The notes under the pieces are model-generated. The model worked only from the letters and a program-made list of their open reading frames with translations, was not told where the DNA came from and did not search any database. 64,000 nt of DNA from Minisyncoccota bacterium. Lineage in GTDB: Bacteria > Patescibacteriota > Minisyncoccia > Phycocordibacterales > UBA9973. The position numbers and the translations under genes are program-made. The DNA lies in assembly GCA_041675085.1 (NCBI GenBank), contig JBAYUN010000001.1, forward strand, positions 170,364 through 234,363, given 5' to 3'. Position 1 is the stretch's first letter; each line of letters opens with the position of its first letter. Of this stretch, positions 10,043 to 19,060 are shown piece by piece.

Positions 10043-10180
10043 CTAGTTATTCTACATCAAACGACTCAAATATGCTTGGTTGCAAAATAGGTTAAATACT
10101 TCATAGTAAATCGAATTAGCTTTATTATGGAGCATGTAAAAATAAAAAAGGTAACCTATAGAATAAGTTACCTTTTAGTT

Positions 10181-10375
10181 TTAAATATTTTTTTGAAAAT
10201 GCTTATAATTGTGAATTAAGCCTTTTCTTTTTGCTTCACGAATAGACATAGGTCTACCGCTCGGATAATTATGTTGAGAAACAACCCTTGCGTCAGGGTC
10301 TCTAATAAAAGCTATAGCATCCTCGAACATTTCATAAAATGTTACTCCAAATAAAAATATAATTAATTGTTTCAT
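10181..10375 (-). CDS. small hypothetical protein (64 aa)
   Basis: ORF preceded by promoter-bearing repeat copy 1; hydrophobic N-terminus. Confidence 0.3.
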   Translation of the reverse strand: MKQLIIFLFGVTFYEMFEDAIAFIRDPDARVVSQHNYPSGRPMSIREAKRKGLIHNYKHFQKNI

Positions 10376-10460
10376 GATTAAATATTAAATTGTTAAAAAA
10401 TATTTATTAAGTTCTCTTAATCTCCACTCCTCAAAAGACGGACAAAGAAGAAACTAAGAG

Positions 10461-10546
10461 AACCTAACAAAATTTAACAATTAAATACAGTATCAAAGAA
10501 CTCTACTATTTCAAGTAGAATAACATATTTTAGTATTTTGTCAACT
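10461..10546. repeat. direct repeat copy 1 (promoter/5'UTR module), weaker similarity extends to about 10395
   Basis: About 92% identical over about 85 nt to 13183..13267; contains on minus strand TTGACA-16nt-TATTCT and hairpin tctact-atttca-agtaga. Confidence 0.7.
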
Positions 10547-10648
10547 ATAGAAATGTTCGAATTAGCATTTAAGTGAAATAACAAAAGGCTGAACGTTTTC
10601 ACGAACAGCCTTAATAAATTCTATACTATTTTAACTACTATATAGTTA

Positions 10649-11110
10649 TTACTTTTTACCATTACGAGGTTCGAGTAGTATGTTTGGCGCATCCACCTCG
10701 CCAGTATATACTTTTGTATTACTTTTAGGGTTTTTTGAGAAAAGTTCTAACGTAAATATAGCAGATCCACGTGGCCCTAAAGTTACCATAATTCTAAAAC
10801 CAGTCCAATTATTTTTTTTATCTACATTAATAATATCAATTAAAAAATTAAATAACTTTTCAGTCTTTGTTTGACGAATAATAACTTCGATAGCATAATA
10901 TAATGGCCCTTGACCTAAGTATTCATTGAAACAAAAATAAACATGGTCAGGATTTAATCTATCATGGTCTACAGTGATAAGGAAATCATCTTCAGAGTAA
11001 GTATCTGGAAAATTAAATTGAACCAGAAACATATACCGGGCTTTACCGAATCCTCCAAGTTGTGACGGTCTATAAGGTTCAGCAGGATAAACCTTGGATA
11101 AGTTTTGCAT
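10649..11110 (-). CDS. hypothetical protein (153 aa)
   Basis: No recognisable domain; preceded by repeated element copy A. Confidence 0.45.
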   Translation of the reverse strand: MQNLSKVYPAEPYRPSQLGGFGKARYMFLVQFNFPDTYSEDDFLITVDHDRLNPDHVYFCFNEYLGQGPLYYAIEVIIRQTKTEKLFNFLIDIINVDKKNNWTGFRIMVTLGPRGSAIFTLELFSKNPKSNTKVYTGEVDAPNILLEPRNGKK

Positions 11111-11227
11111 TTTTTATATTTTTTAATTTAAAAAATATGTCTAAGGACAATATCAAATAATCTATACTATATTTTTAGAAAAATAGCAAGTTATTTAACA
11201 GAATAATTCTCACAGAGAGAACAATCA

Positions 11228-11320
11228 AGTTCACAACATTCACAAAGCATGCCCCGCACTAAGCTTTGCTTTAGTGCTAGGGTTCACGAGCGGGCTTGAT
11301 GTTTGGATTTCAGAACTTTT
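11228..11320. repeat. repeated intergenic element, copy A
   Basis: gttcacaacattcacaaagcatgccccgcactaagctttgctttagtgctagggttcacgagcgggcttgatgtttggatttcagaactttt; near-identical to copy B. Confidence 0.7.
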
Positions 11321-11363
11321 AAAGAATCCTGAATTAGTTTTAATTAGTATTAAATCAATTAAA

Positions 11364-12020
11364 TTATTTCCTATTAATCACAATTTCTGAGACTTCCATA
11401 TTTTTAGGTAAATCCAAAATCTGTTTTAATAAAACAGCCAAATCCTCAGGTTTCATCCATTCATCTCCTTTCTCTGTATTGTCTATACCCGTTGCTTTTT
11501 CAAAAAGTTTTGTTTTAAATCCTCCTGGACAAAAACTAATTATCCTATTTGGCTTGCCTTTGAATTCTTCTTGTAAATTTTTAGTGAATCCCCTAACAGC
11601 CCATTTTGAAGCTCCGTAAACAGCTTGATCTACATAAGCTTTCAATCCTATAGTAGATGCTACATTTACAATATCAGTTTTGTCTTCAATAATTTTTTTA
11701 TATAAATTTGATATTAATAATATTTGAGATTTAACATTAGTAGACATTAAACGTTTTATTTCATCTTCAGTAATTTCTCCTAATTTCTGCACAGACAAAA
11801 CACCCGCGCAATTGATTATTGATTCAATAGGTTCATTCATTTTAAGAATCTCATCCGATGCTTTTTTAATTTCTTCTCCTTCACGCAAAGAAACACAAAT
11901 ATTAATATCAGCGTACTCTGATTCTCTTCTAGAAATATTTACAACTTTTTTACCTGCTTCTTTGTATAATTTTGCGACTTGTTTTCCAAGCCCATCACTT
12001 GCTCCTGTTATTATTATCAT
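11364..12020 (-). CDS. short-chain dehydrogenase/reductase (SDR) family oxidoreductase
   Basis: Start set to MIIITGASDGLGKQ (TGxxxGxG Rossmann motif); track ORF extends 11 codons further upstream; YGASK catalytic motif. Confidence 0.75.
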   Translation of the reverse strand: MIIITGASDGLGKQVAKLYKEAGKKVVNISRRESEYADINICVSLREGEEIKKASDEILKMNEPIESIINCAGVLSVQKLGEITEDEIKRLMSTNVKSQILLISNLYKKIIEDKTDIVNVASTIGLKAYVDQAVYGASKWAVRGFTKNLQEEFKGKPNRIISFCPGGFKTKLFEKATGIDNTEKGDEWMKPEDLAVLLKQILDLPKNMEVSEIVINRK

Positions 12021-12063
12021 ATGAGTATTATACCAAAAATACCTTAAATACAAATTTTTTAAA

Positions 12064-12183
12064 GTTCACAACATTCACAAAGCATGCCCCGCACTAAGCT
12101 TGCTTTAGTGCTAGGGTTCACGAGCGGGCTTGATGTTTTGACCCAGTCATTTGAAAGTAACTGGTTAAAATTTCAGAACTATT
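12064..12183. repeat. repeated intergenic element, copy B (with about 31-nt hairpin insertion)
   Basis: Same 76-nt core as copy A, then inserted cagtcatttgaaagtaactgg hairpin, then shared tail tttcagaact. Confidence 0.7.
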
Positions 12184-12199
12184 AATTAGCAGTGACAGC

Positions 12200-12586
12200 C
12201 TAAATACCTTTTTTTATATATAAAGACAATAAATAAATAGGACCAGAGAAAGATAAAACTGCAGACAAAAATAATGAATTAATTCCCAAAACTACTAATA
12301 ATGGGCCTAAAATCATTGTTCCATTAAATAAAATTGTATAACCACTTTTACCAACATCATGAAGCCTACGAACGCTCAAAGCAATAATAGGAGTGATAAC
12401 TAATAAAAAGTAAATTGTACTTAAAATACCACGGCCAGGTATTATTTCAATACCTATAAAACTATCAATTAAACCAAGAATAAAAGTAATGATAAAATTA
12501 AAAAGAATAAAATACCAAAATTCAGGACGACTAGCCTTTCCACTAAAAACTGCATAATTCTTTAAACCGTTAAAATAATGTTCCAT
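12200..12586 (-). CDS. DUF805-family inner membrane protein
   Basis: GKASRPEFWYFILFN... and RRLHDVGKSG motifs typical of DUF805 (YhaH-like). Confidence 0.6.
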   Translation of the reverse strand: MEHYFNGLKNYAVFSGKASRPEFWYFILFNFIITFILGLIDSFIGIEIIPGRGILSTIYFLLVITPIIALSVRRLHDVGKSGYTILFNGTMILGPLLVVLGINSLFLSAVLSFSGPIYLLSLYIKKGI

Positions 12587-12666
12587 AAAATTAAAATAAA
12601 TATTAATACTATAAATTATATATCACAGTAAAAACTAAAACAAACTAAAATATTCTTAATAAATGT

Positions 12667-12707
12667 GCGAGCTTGAGGTTTGGATTTCAGAACTTTTGAG
12701 GAATCAG
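12667..12707. repeat. partial copy C of the repeated intergenic element (3' portion only)
   Basis: gcgagcttgaggtttggatttcagaacttttgaggaatc vs gcgggcttgatgtttggatttcagaacttttaaagaatc. Confidence 0.45.
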
Positions 12708-12804
12708 TTATTATTAAAATTTGTCTGAATGATTTTAGAACTAACTAAAAATAAAAAATCACCTACTAAATTTCGGTGATTTACTCTCTAAAAGAGTTTT
12801 GGAT

Positions 12805-13116
12805 TTAACTTACAAAAGTTGCCCAAAACTGCATTTGTGTTAAAAGTTCCTTCTTTTGTATTTCTACAGAATACAACCCTGGGATCATGCCATGTTTTTT
12901 AAAAAGTGTAAGAAAAGTAATTTTAAAAGTCTCTTCGTCAATTACTTTTACCTCTTTAATAAAAATTTCCTTATTCTCTGTATCTTCAAGTGAAGAATTA
13001 CCCATATTTTCAAAATTTATAATTTCGATACTAATAGGTATATTTTTAGCAAAAGATTCAACAAAACTATCTATAGTTTTGTTAGTTTTCTTAAAATTAA
13101 TAACTAAATTATTCAT
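12805..13116 (-). CDS. hypothetical protein (103 aa)
   Basis: ORF immediately downstream of promoter-bearing repeat copy 2. Confidence 0.4.
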   Translation of the reverse strand: MNNLVINFKKTNKTIDSFVESFAKNIPISIEIINFENMGNSSLEDTENKEIFIKEVKVIDEETFKITFLTLFKKHGMIPGLYSVEIQKKELLTQMQFWATFVS

Positions 13117-13182
13117 GAAAATGATTTTAATTGTTTTAAAAATATTATTGATTCACCTCTAACTCCGTAAAGAAATAGGGGT

Positions 13183-13267
13183 GAACCAACAACATTTAAC
13201 AATTAAATACAATATAAAAGAACTCTACTATTTCAAGTAGTATAACATATTTTAGCATTTTGTCAAC
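13183..13267. repeat. direct repeat copy 2 (promoter/5'UTR module), weaker similarity extends to about 13128
   Basis: On minus strand TTGACA-16nt-TATACT; abuts 3' end of tRNA-Trp. Confidence 0.7.
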
Positions 13268-13269
13268 TG

Positions 13270-13340
13270 CGGGCGATGAGAGAATCGAACTCCCGCCAAA
13301 GGTTTTGGAGACCTTCGTTCTACCACTAAACTAATCGCCC
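13270..13340 (-). tRNA. tRNA-Trp (anticodon CCA)
   Basis: rc reads gggcgat..aaggt-cTCCAaa-acctt..gggagttcgattctctc-atcgccc. Confidence 0.85.
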
Positions 13341-13509
13341 AAACACTCTCAAAGTATTTTTACCATAGGTAAAATCTTGGAGAGTTAAAACGCTAAATAA
13401 TAATATAAGCGTTTTGTAGAAAATACCGAAGTATCTCCTAAAAAGAACTAAACGGTAAGGTGAACCCTACCGTTTAGTTATTATAACAAATAATTTTAAA
13501 AACAAAAAA

Positions 13510-13665
13510 TTATTTTTTGATTTCTTTAAAGACTACAACTTTGCGGAGCTTTCTACTATACTTTTTAAGCTCAAGTTTCTTTACAGTCGTCTTCTTGTTC
13601 TTTCTTGTATAATAAATCTCCTTTGTGTCCTTATTTTGGATTTTTATCAATCTATCTTGTGACAT
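13510..13665 (-). CDS. rpmG: 50S ribosomal protein L33
   Basis: 51-aa ORF below track cut-off: MSQDRLIKIQNKDTKEIYYTRKNKKTTVKKLELKKYSRKLRKVVVFKEIKK; matches the L33 pattern. Confidence 0.75.
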   Translation of the reverse strand: MSQDRLIKIQNKDTKEIYYTRKNKKTTVKKLELKKYSRKLRKVVVFKEIKK

Positions 13666-13709
13666 TTGATTATAATAATATAAAAAGCTTTAAAAAGCAA
13701 CTATAAATC

Positions 13710-14846
13710 CTATTTGACAACCCTTGGCAAAAGAGGGCTCAATTTGGTGACTATTTCGTAGTTGATGGTACCTATAGTCTCGCCTATTTCTTCTGCAGAT
13801 ATAGCTTCTTTGCCCTGCGATCCGATAAATACAGCCTCATCCTCAACTTTGACATCTTTTACATAGTTCACGTCGACGACAGTCATATTCATAGAAATAC
13901 GTCCCAAGATTTTGCATCTCTCTCCACGTATCAAGACTTCCCCTTTATTAGACATACGCCTATCAAGTCCGTCTGCGTACCCTATAGGCAAGATAGCTAC
14001 CTTCGTCTCTTTGTGAGTCATAAAAGTAAGTCCGTAGCCTATAGTCGAGCCAGCCGGTAGAGTCTTGATCAGAGCGATTTTAGTTTTGAAAGATAATACA
14101 GGTTTGAGAACCATTTTCTTTTTATAAAGATACTCGATATGAGTCGAAGGCCAGAGACCGTAGGCTCCGATACCAATACGTACTATTTTATTTAAACCTA
14201 AATTCTTCTCGTAAACTAGTAGCCCTGAAGTCGCTGAGATATGAGTATCTAGATTTTTGTAGCCGTAAGTTTTCGCTAGATCAACAGCTTTTTTAAAAAG
14301 ATTAATCTGCTTTTTAGCATGAGTAAAATTATTGGTATCTTCTATATTTGCAAAGTGAGCATAAATCCCAATGACTTTAATATATTTGGTTTTCTTTAAT
14401 ATTTCAAAAAGTTTGGGTAAATCACTGTAAAGAAATCCCTCACGACCCAAATGAGCATCTATCGGTATGTGGACTTCTATTTTATTTTTTAATTTTGTAG
14501 TTATTAGGTCTAGCTCTTTTAATTGCTCAAAAGAAAATAAAGAAAGTATCGCATTAAGTTTAATAGCCTTACTCAAATCAGCTCGAGCAACGTATCCAAA
14601 AAGAAAGGTCTTTTTCTTGCTAACTTTACGAAGCTTGGATAATTCTTCGATACTATTCACAAAAAAATAATCTACGTAGGTTGCGGCAATTTTAGCAATC
14701 TCATTCTGCCCATGCCCATAAGCATTCCCTTTTATAGCAACAGCTATCTTAGTACCCTTTTTTACGATACGTTTAAATTGCTTGATATTGTGTATCAAAT
14801 TTTGACTCGAGATTTCTATATAAGAAGTAGGTAAATTTTTTGGCAT
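13710..14846 (-). CDS. alr: alanine racemase
   Basis: PLP-lysine motif AVIKGNAYGHG, 378 aa, adjacent to ddl. Confidence 0.85.
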   Translation of the reverse strand: MPKNLPTSYIEISSQNLIHNIKQFKRIVKKGTKIAVAIKGNAYGHGQNEIAKIAATYVDYFFVNSIEELSKLRKVSKKKTFLFGYVARADLSKAIKLNAILSLFSFEQLKELDLITTKLKNKIEVHIPIDAHLGREGFLYSDLPKLFEILKKTKYIKVIGIYAHFANIEDTNNFTHAKKQINLFKKAVDLAKTYGYKNLDTHISATSGLLVYEKNLGLNKIVRIGIGAYGLWPSTHIEYLYKKKMVLKPVLSFKTKIALIKTLPAGSTIGYGLTFMTHKETKVAILPIGYADGLDRRMSNKGEVLIRGERCKILGRISMNMTVVDVNYVKDVKVEDEAVFIGSQGKEAISAEEIGETIGTINYEIVTKLSPLLPRVVK

Positions 14847-14853
14847 TTATAAA

Positions 14854-15831
14854 TTAGGATACACTATTTTGTAATTGATTATCTCTTTCAAATCTCTCTA
14901 TGGCGAGCAAGACAAGCTTGTCTATTAATTCTGTTTTATTTATACCTTTCAATTCAAAAAGTTTAGGATACATACTAATATCAGTAAAACCAGGTAAAGT
15001 ATTTATTTCATTTACATATATCTCTCCTTTTTTAGTCAAAAACATATCAACTCTCGACAAACCTTCACAACATAAAGTTTGAAAAACTTTGATAGCAGTA
15101 TCTTGTAATTTTTTGATATCTGATTTAGATAAATTTTTAGCTGGAATTTCGGTGATAGCTCCGTCGGATTCTATATATTTTGCATCATAAGAATAGAACG
15201 AACTTGTATTCATTATGACTTCTCCTATTGGTGACGCGACTGGACGCTCATTACCTAAAACTGCGCATTCTAATTCTCGCCCGAGAATCATCTCTTCGAT
15301 TAATATTTTAGAATCATATTTAAAAGCTTCTGATAAAGCAGCCGTAAAATCTTTTTTAGATTGGACCTTAGACACTCCCACAGAAGAACCTAAATTTGCT
15401 GGCTTTACAAACATAGGCAAGCCTAAAACAGATTTAGCTTTTTCAAAAGTTAATTTTTGATTATATTTTAAAACTATACTTTTAGCGTTTTTGATCCCTG
15501 CTTCATTAAGTAGTCTCTTCATCACGTCTTTATCCATACCCACAGCACTACCTAAAACCGAAGGACCTACAAAAGGAATATCTAACATTTTCAAAACTCC
15601 CTGCAAAGATCCATCTTCGCCATATGGCCCGTGAATTATAGGAAAAGCTACGTCTAATTTCATAAGTTTATTAAAAGGAATCTTGCCGTCTTTACCTATT
15701 TTAATAGGTGCAACTTCGTATTTATCTTTAGATAAAGCATTGATTATGTTTTTGGCTGAATTTATAGAGACTTCATGCTCTGCGGATTTGCCTCCAAAGA
15801 TAACTCCAATTTTTATTTTTTTAGTAGTCAT
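14854..15831 (-). CDS. ddl: D-alanine--D-alanine ligase
   Basis: ATP-grasp; HGPYGEDGSLQG and EINTLPG motifs. Confidence 0.85.
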   Translation of the reverse strand: MTTKKIKIGVIFGGKSAEHEVSINSAKNIINALSKDKYEVAPIKIGKDGKIPFNKLMKLDVAFPIIHGPYGEDGSLQGVLKMLDIPFVGPSVLGSAVGMDKDVMKRLLNEAGIKNAKSIVLKYNQKLTFEKAKSVLGLPMFVKPANLGSSVGVSKVQSKKDFTAALSEAFKYDSKILIEEMILGRELECAVLGNERPVASPIGEVIMNTSSFYSYDAKYIESDGAITEIPAKNLSKSDIKKLQDTAIKVFQTLCCEGLSRVDMFLTKKGEIYVNEINTLPGFTDISMYPKLFELKGINKTELIDKLVLLAIERFERDNQLQNSVS

Positions 15832-15845
15832 ATAAGATATTATAA

Positions 15846-16577
15846 CTAAATTTTAATAATTACACTTTCTAAATCTTTCGGTACATTTGTGAGATTCTGA
15901 TATCCATTTTTAGTTATCAATATCATATCCTCGATACGCACTCCACCAAATCCTTCAAAATAAACTCCCGGCTCGATAGTCATGACGCAACCTGCAGGCA
16001 ATACGTCTTTAGAATGCGGTTTTAAGTTAGGCCATTCGTGAATCACCGTCCCGACTCCGTGCCCGAGTCCATGAGGAAAAGCATCCATGCCGAATTTCTT
16101 ATCTAGGTAGCTTCGAGCTTCTTTATCTATGACTCGAGCTCTCTTTTCACCTTTAGATATTTTTAGCATTGCTCGGTCCATAGCGTTTAATACTCCAAGA
16201 TAAACTTTCTTTTGCTCTTCTGTAGGTTCTCCGTAAAAATACGTACGAGTCATATCTGAGCAATAGTCGAGTATTGTAGTCCCAAAATCAAACATAATAG
16301 TATCACCTTTTTTTAATTTAGTTTTACCTGGTTCATGATGAATATTTGCAGTATTTTTCCCAAAGGCGACTATCGGCGAGAAAGATAGAACTGGTGCTTT
16401 GTGTTTTACAAAACTTTTCTTGATAAAATCTTGGACGAATATTTCTGTAATACCTAATTTTAGAATCTTTAAAGTATCAGATAAAACTTGCTCGCTTATT
16501 CTTTGAGCTTTGATAATATTATCTAATTCAGCTTTACTTTTCGGAGCTCTCTTTTCGTGGATTAATTTTGTAGTCAT
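15846..16577 (-). CDS. M24-family metallopeptidase (methionine/Xaa-Pro aminopeptidase-like)
   Basis: HGLGHGVGTVIHEWP and EPGVY pita-bread fold motifs; 243 aa. Confidence 0.7.
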   Translation of the reverse strand: MTTKLIHEKRAPKSKAELDNIIKAQRISEQVLSDTLKILKLGITEIFVQDFIKKSFVKHKAPVLSFSPIVAFGKNTANIHHEPGKTKLKKGDTIMFDFGTTILDYCSDMTRTYFYGEPTEEQKKVYLGVLNAMDRAMLKISKGEKRARVIDKEARSYLDKKFGMDAFPHGLGHGVGTVIHEWPNLKPHSKDVLPAGCVMTIEPGVYFEGFGGVRIEDMILITKNGYQNLTNVPKDLESVIIKI

Positions 16578-16628
16578 ATTTTTATTATAACACCTTGTTT
16601 AAAAACCATAAAATGCTAATATTTACGT

Positions 16629-17531
16629 ATGAAAAAAGTACAAGAAATCCAATCAATAATAAATGCAAAAAAGTCAGACGAAGCTGACGTTGTATTAGTC
16701 TCTGCAGCTTATGACAAGACAGCATCAAGTCATAAAGGTACAGTCAATGGACCAAAAAGTGTAATCAAAAATCTAGCTACGCAAATAGAATTCTTTGACC
16801 GCGAATACAAATTAAGTCCAACAGAATATATCAAAACTTCTCACATAGACCTCGGTAATCTAAACACCCTAAAACCAGAAGCCGTCTATCAAAAAATTCA
16901 CAAAGTTACAGACAAGCTCGTAAATGAAGCCAAATTTGTTTTTATTTTAGGTGGAGAGCATTCTGTACCTCTGGGCTTATATAAATCTTTAACCTCAAAA
17001 TACAATCCGAAAGATGTGACTATCCTACAAATTGATGCTCATTTAGATTTACGTAATGATGACTCAGATTATAGTACCAATCCTACTCATCTCGCTCATT
17101 CGACTATAATGCGTAGAGCCCATGAACTCGGATACAATATCTTAAACGTCGGAGCGCGCAGTTTCTCAAATGATGAATATGCATACGTAAATCAAAATAA
17201 AAATATTAAAATTTTTGAATTCGGATATCCAAATAAAATACCAAAAATCGAAGATATTTTAAAATCTATTAAAACTAAATACTTATATATCACTATCGAT
17301 GTAGACGGATTTGATCCTTCTGTGATGCCAGGGACTGGGACTCCTGTACCAGGAGGATTATCTTGGGATTATGGTATGGAGCTATTAGACAAAGCTATAT
17401 CTAAATTTGAATTAATAGGAGCGGATATAGTAGAAGTAAGTCCACAAAAAGAAACAGTCATAACCGAATATTCTTCTGCTCAATTAATATACTCAATAAT
17501 TACTAAGAAGTTTAGAACTAGGTTTAAATAA
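16629..17531 (+). CDS. arginase/agmatinase/formiminoglutamase-family ureohydrolase
   Basis: GGEHSV, DAHLDLR, ITIDVDGFDP, GTGTPVPGGLS metal-binding signatures. Confidence 0.75.
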   Translation: MKKVQEIQSIINAKKSDEADVVLVSAAYDKTASSHKGTVNGPKSVIKNLATQIEFFDREYKLSPTEYIKTSHIDLGNLNTLKPEAVYQKIHKVTDKLVNEAKFVFILGGEHSVPLGLYKSLTSKYNPKDVTILQIDAHLDLRNDDSDYSTNPTHLAHSTIMRRAHELGYNILNVGARSFSNDEYAYVNQNKNIKIFEFGYPNKIPKIEDILKSIKTKYLYITIDVDGFDPSVMPGTGTPVPGGLSWDYGMELLDKAISKFELIGADIVEVSPQKETVITEYSSAQLIYSIITKKFRTRFK

Positions 17532-17542
17532 AAATAATAAAA

Positions 17543-17577
17543 AGCCAAGTGAAATAAATTCAACTTGGCTTTTTTAT
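17543..17577. terminator. bidirectional terminator
   Basis: aagccaagtgaaataaattcaacttggctttttt. Confidence 0.55.
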
Positions 17578-17933
17578 TTTTTTTGTTTTTTATGGTTTTA
17601 ACAACATATTAACCCCCATAAAAGGTGCAAAACAACATATTGCAAATGCACATTTTAGGGTTAAATAAATTGACAGAATTAATCCGATCAAATCGGATAT
17701 TACAGGAAAATCAAATACTTTTTTAAACTCCCGATAAGTATTTAAGGGATTTAAAAAAAGGAAACAATCTTCCCAAACACCACAAAGACTCAGATTTCTT
17801 TTCATGATATAATAAATTTTAAAAAAAATTAAAAAATTTGTCCCTGAAAAAACTCTCAACGAACATTATCAATATTATTGTAGCATAATATATACCTATT
17901 TGTCAAGTTTTGTAGTAGCTTATTTTTCTTGCC

Positions 17934-19019
17934 CTATATCCCATCTTCTTTTAGTTTTTCTATATATTCTCTAGATTTTTTAGAGATTTTATTTGGCATT
18001 TTTATATTTAATTGAATCAAGATATCTCCTCTTTTACCTTTGTTCGGTACACCTTTGCCTTTCACTCTCAAGATTTCATTTATACCAACACCTTCAGGTA
18101 TAGTCACTTCGACTTTACCGTCGAGAGTCTCGAGTTCGTATTTCATACCGAGTAATGCATCCGAGAGTTTAATGTTTAAGTCTGTAGTGAGATCAAATCC
18201 TTCTCTTTTAAAAATAGGATGCCTAGAGACATTAATCTTGATATACAGATCTCCAGTAGTACCTTTTGATACAGCTTCACCCATGCCTGTCATACGGATC
18301 ATTTCGCCGTCGCGAATACCTGCGGGTACATTGATAGTGATTTCTTCTTCTTTGCGGAGGACTCCTTTACCGTGACATTTCTCACAAACTTCTTTTGGAA
18401 CTTGTCCAGATCCAGTACAAGTCTCACACATTTTTGTAGTAGAAATAGTTCCGAGTATTGTACGTTTTGCTTCGTGGATTTTACCTTGACCGTTACAAGT
18501 TTTACAAGTCTCCATCTTGGTCCCAGCTTTTGCTCCGGTCGCTTTACAAGTCTCACAACTAGAAGTCTTAGTGATCAAGACTTTGCGAGTAATGCCGAAT
18601 ACCGCCTCAGAGAAACTGATATTCATCTCAGTAGAGATATCTCGTCCGCGACGAGTTTGAGTGCGTCCTCCGCCTCCACCAAAGAAATCAGAAAAGATAT
18701 CATTCAAGTCGAATTCCATTCCACCATTTTGACCAAAGCCAGAAAAGTCGAAACCTTCAAAGCCGCCAAAACCGCCACCTTGAGGACCGTACCCTGCTCC
18801 GCCCATATTTGCATAGTTTGAGCCGAATTGATCGTATTTAGCGCGTTTTTGGTCATCAGAAAGAGTCTGGTAAGCTTCATTTACCTCTTTGAATTTCTTT
18901 TCATCTCCCTCTTTTTTGTCAGGATGATATTTATGAGCTAGTTTATAAAAAGCCTTTTTGATTTCGTCTTTTGAGGCACTTTTATTAACCCCTAATGTTT
19001 CATAATAATCTTTATTCAT
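17934..19019 (-). CDS. dnaJ: chaperone DnaJ
   Basis: J-domain [11 protein letters not shown]...HPDK, G/F-rich region, four CxxCxGxG zinc-finger repeats; start moved to MNKDYY (track ORF 13 codons longer). Confidence 0.85.
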   Translation of the reverse strand: MNKDYYETLGVNKSASKDEIKKAFYKLAHKYHPDKKEGDEKKFKEVNEAYQTLSDDQKRAKYDQFGSNYANMGGAGYGPQGGGFGGFEGFDFSGFGQNGGMEFDLNDIFSDFFGGGGGRTQTRRGRDISTEMNISFSEAVFGITRKVLITKTSSCETCKATGAKAGTKMETCKTCNGQGKIHEAKRTILGTISTTKMCETCTGSGQVPKEVCEKCHGKGVLRKEEEITINVPAGIRDGEMIRMTGMGEAVSKGTTGDLYIKINVSRHPIFKREGFDLTTDLNIKLSDALLGMKYELETLDGKVEVTIPEGVGINEILRVKGKGVPNKGKRGDILIQLNIKMPNKISKKSREYIEKLKEDGI

Positions 19020-19060
19020 AAAGGATATAATAGCAAATTTATTCAGTTTTTTCAACAAAC

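Noticed and set aside
17590-17859. 89-aa ORF 17590..17859 (-) as a real gene
   Set aside because: It is hydrophobic low-complexity in an AT-rich promoter region upstream of dnaJ. No start context or homology is recognisable. It is left unannotated.
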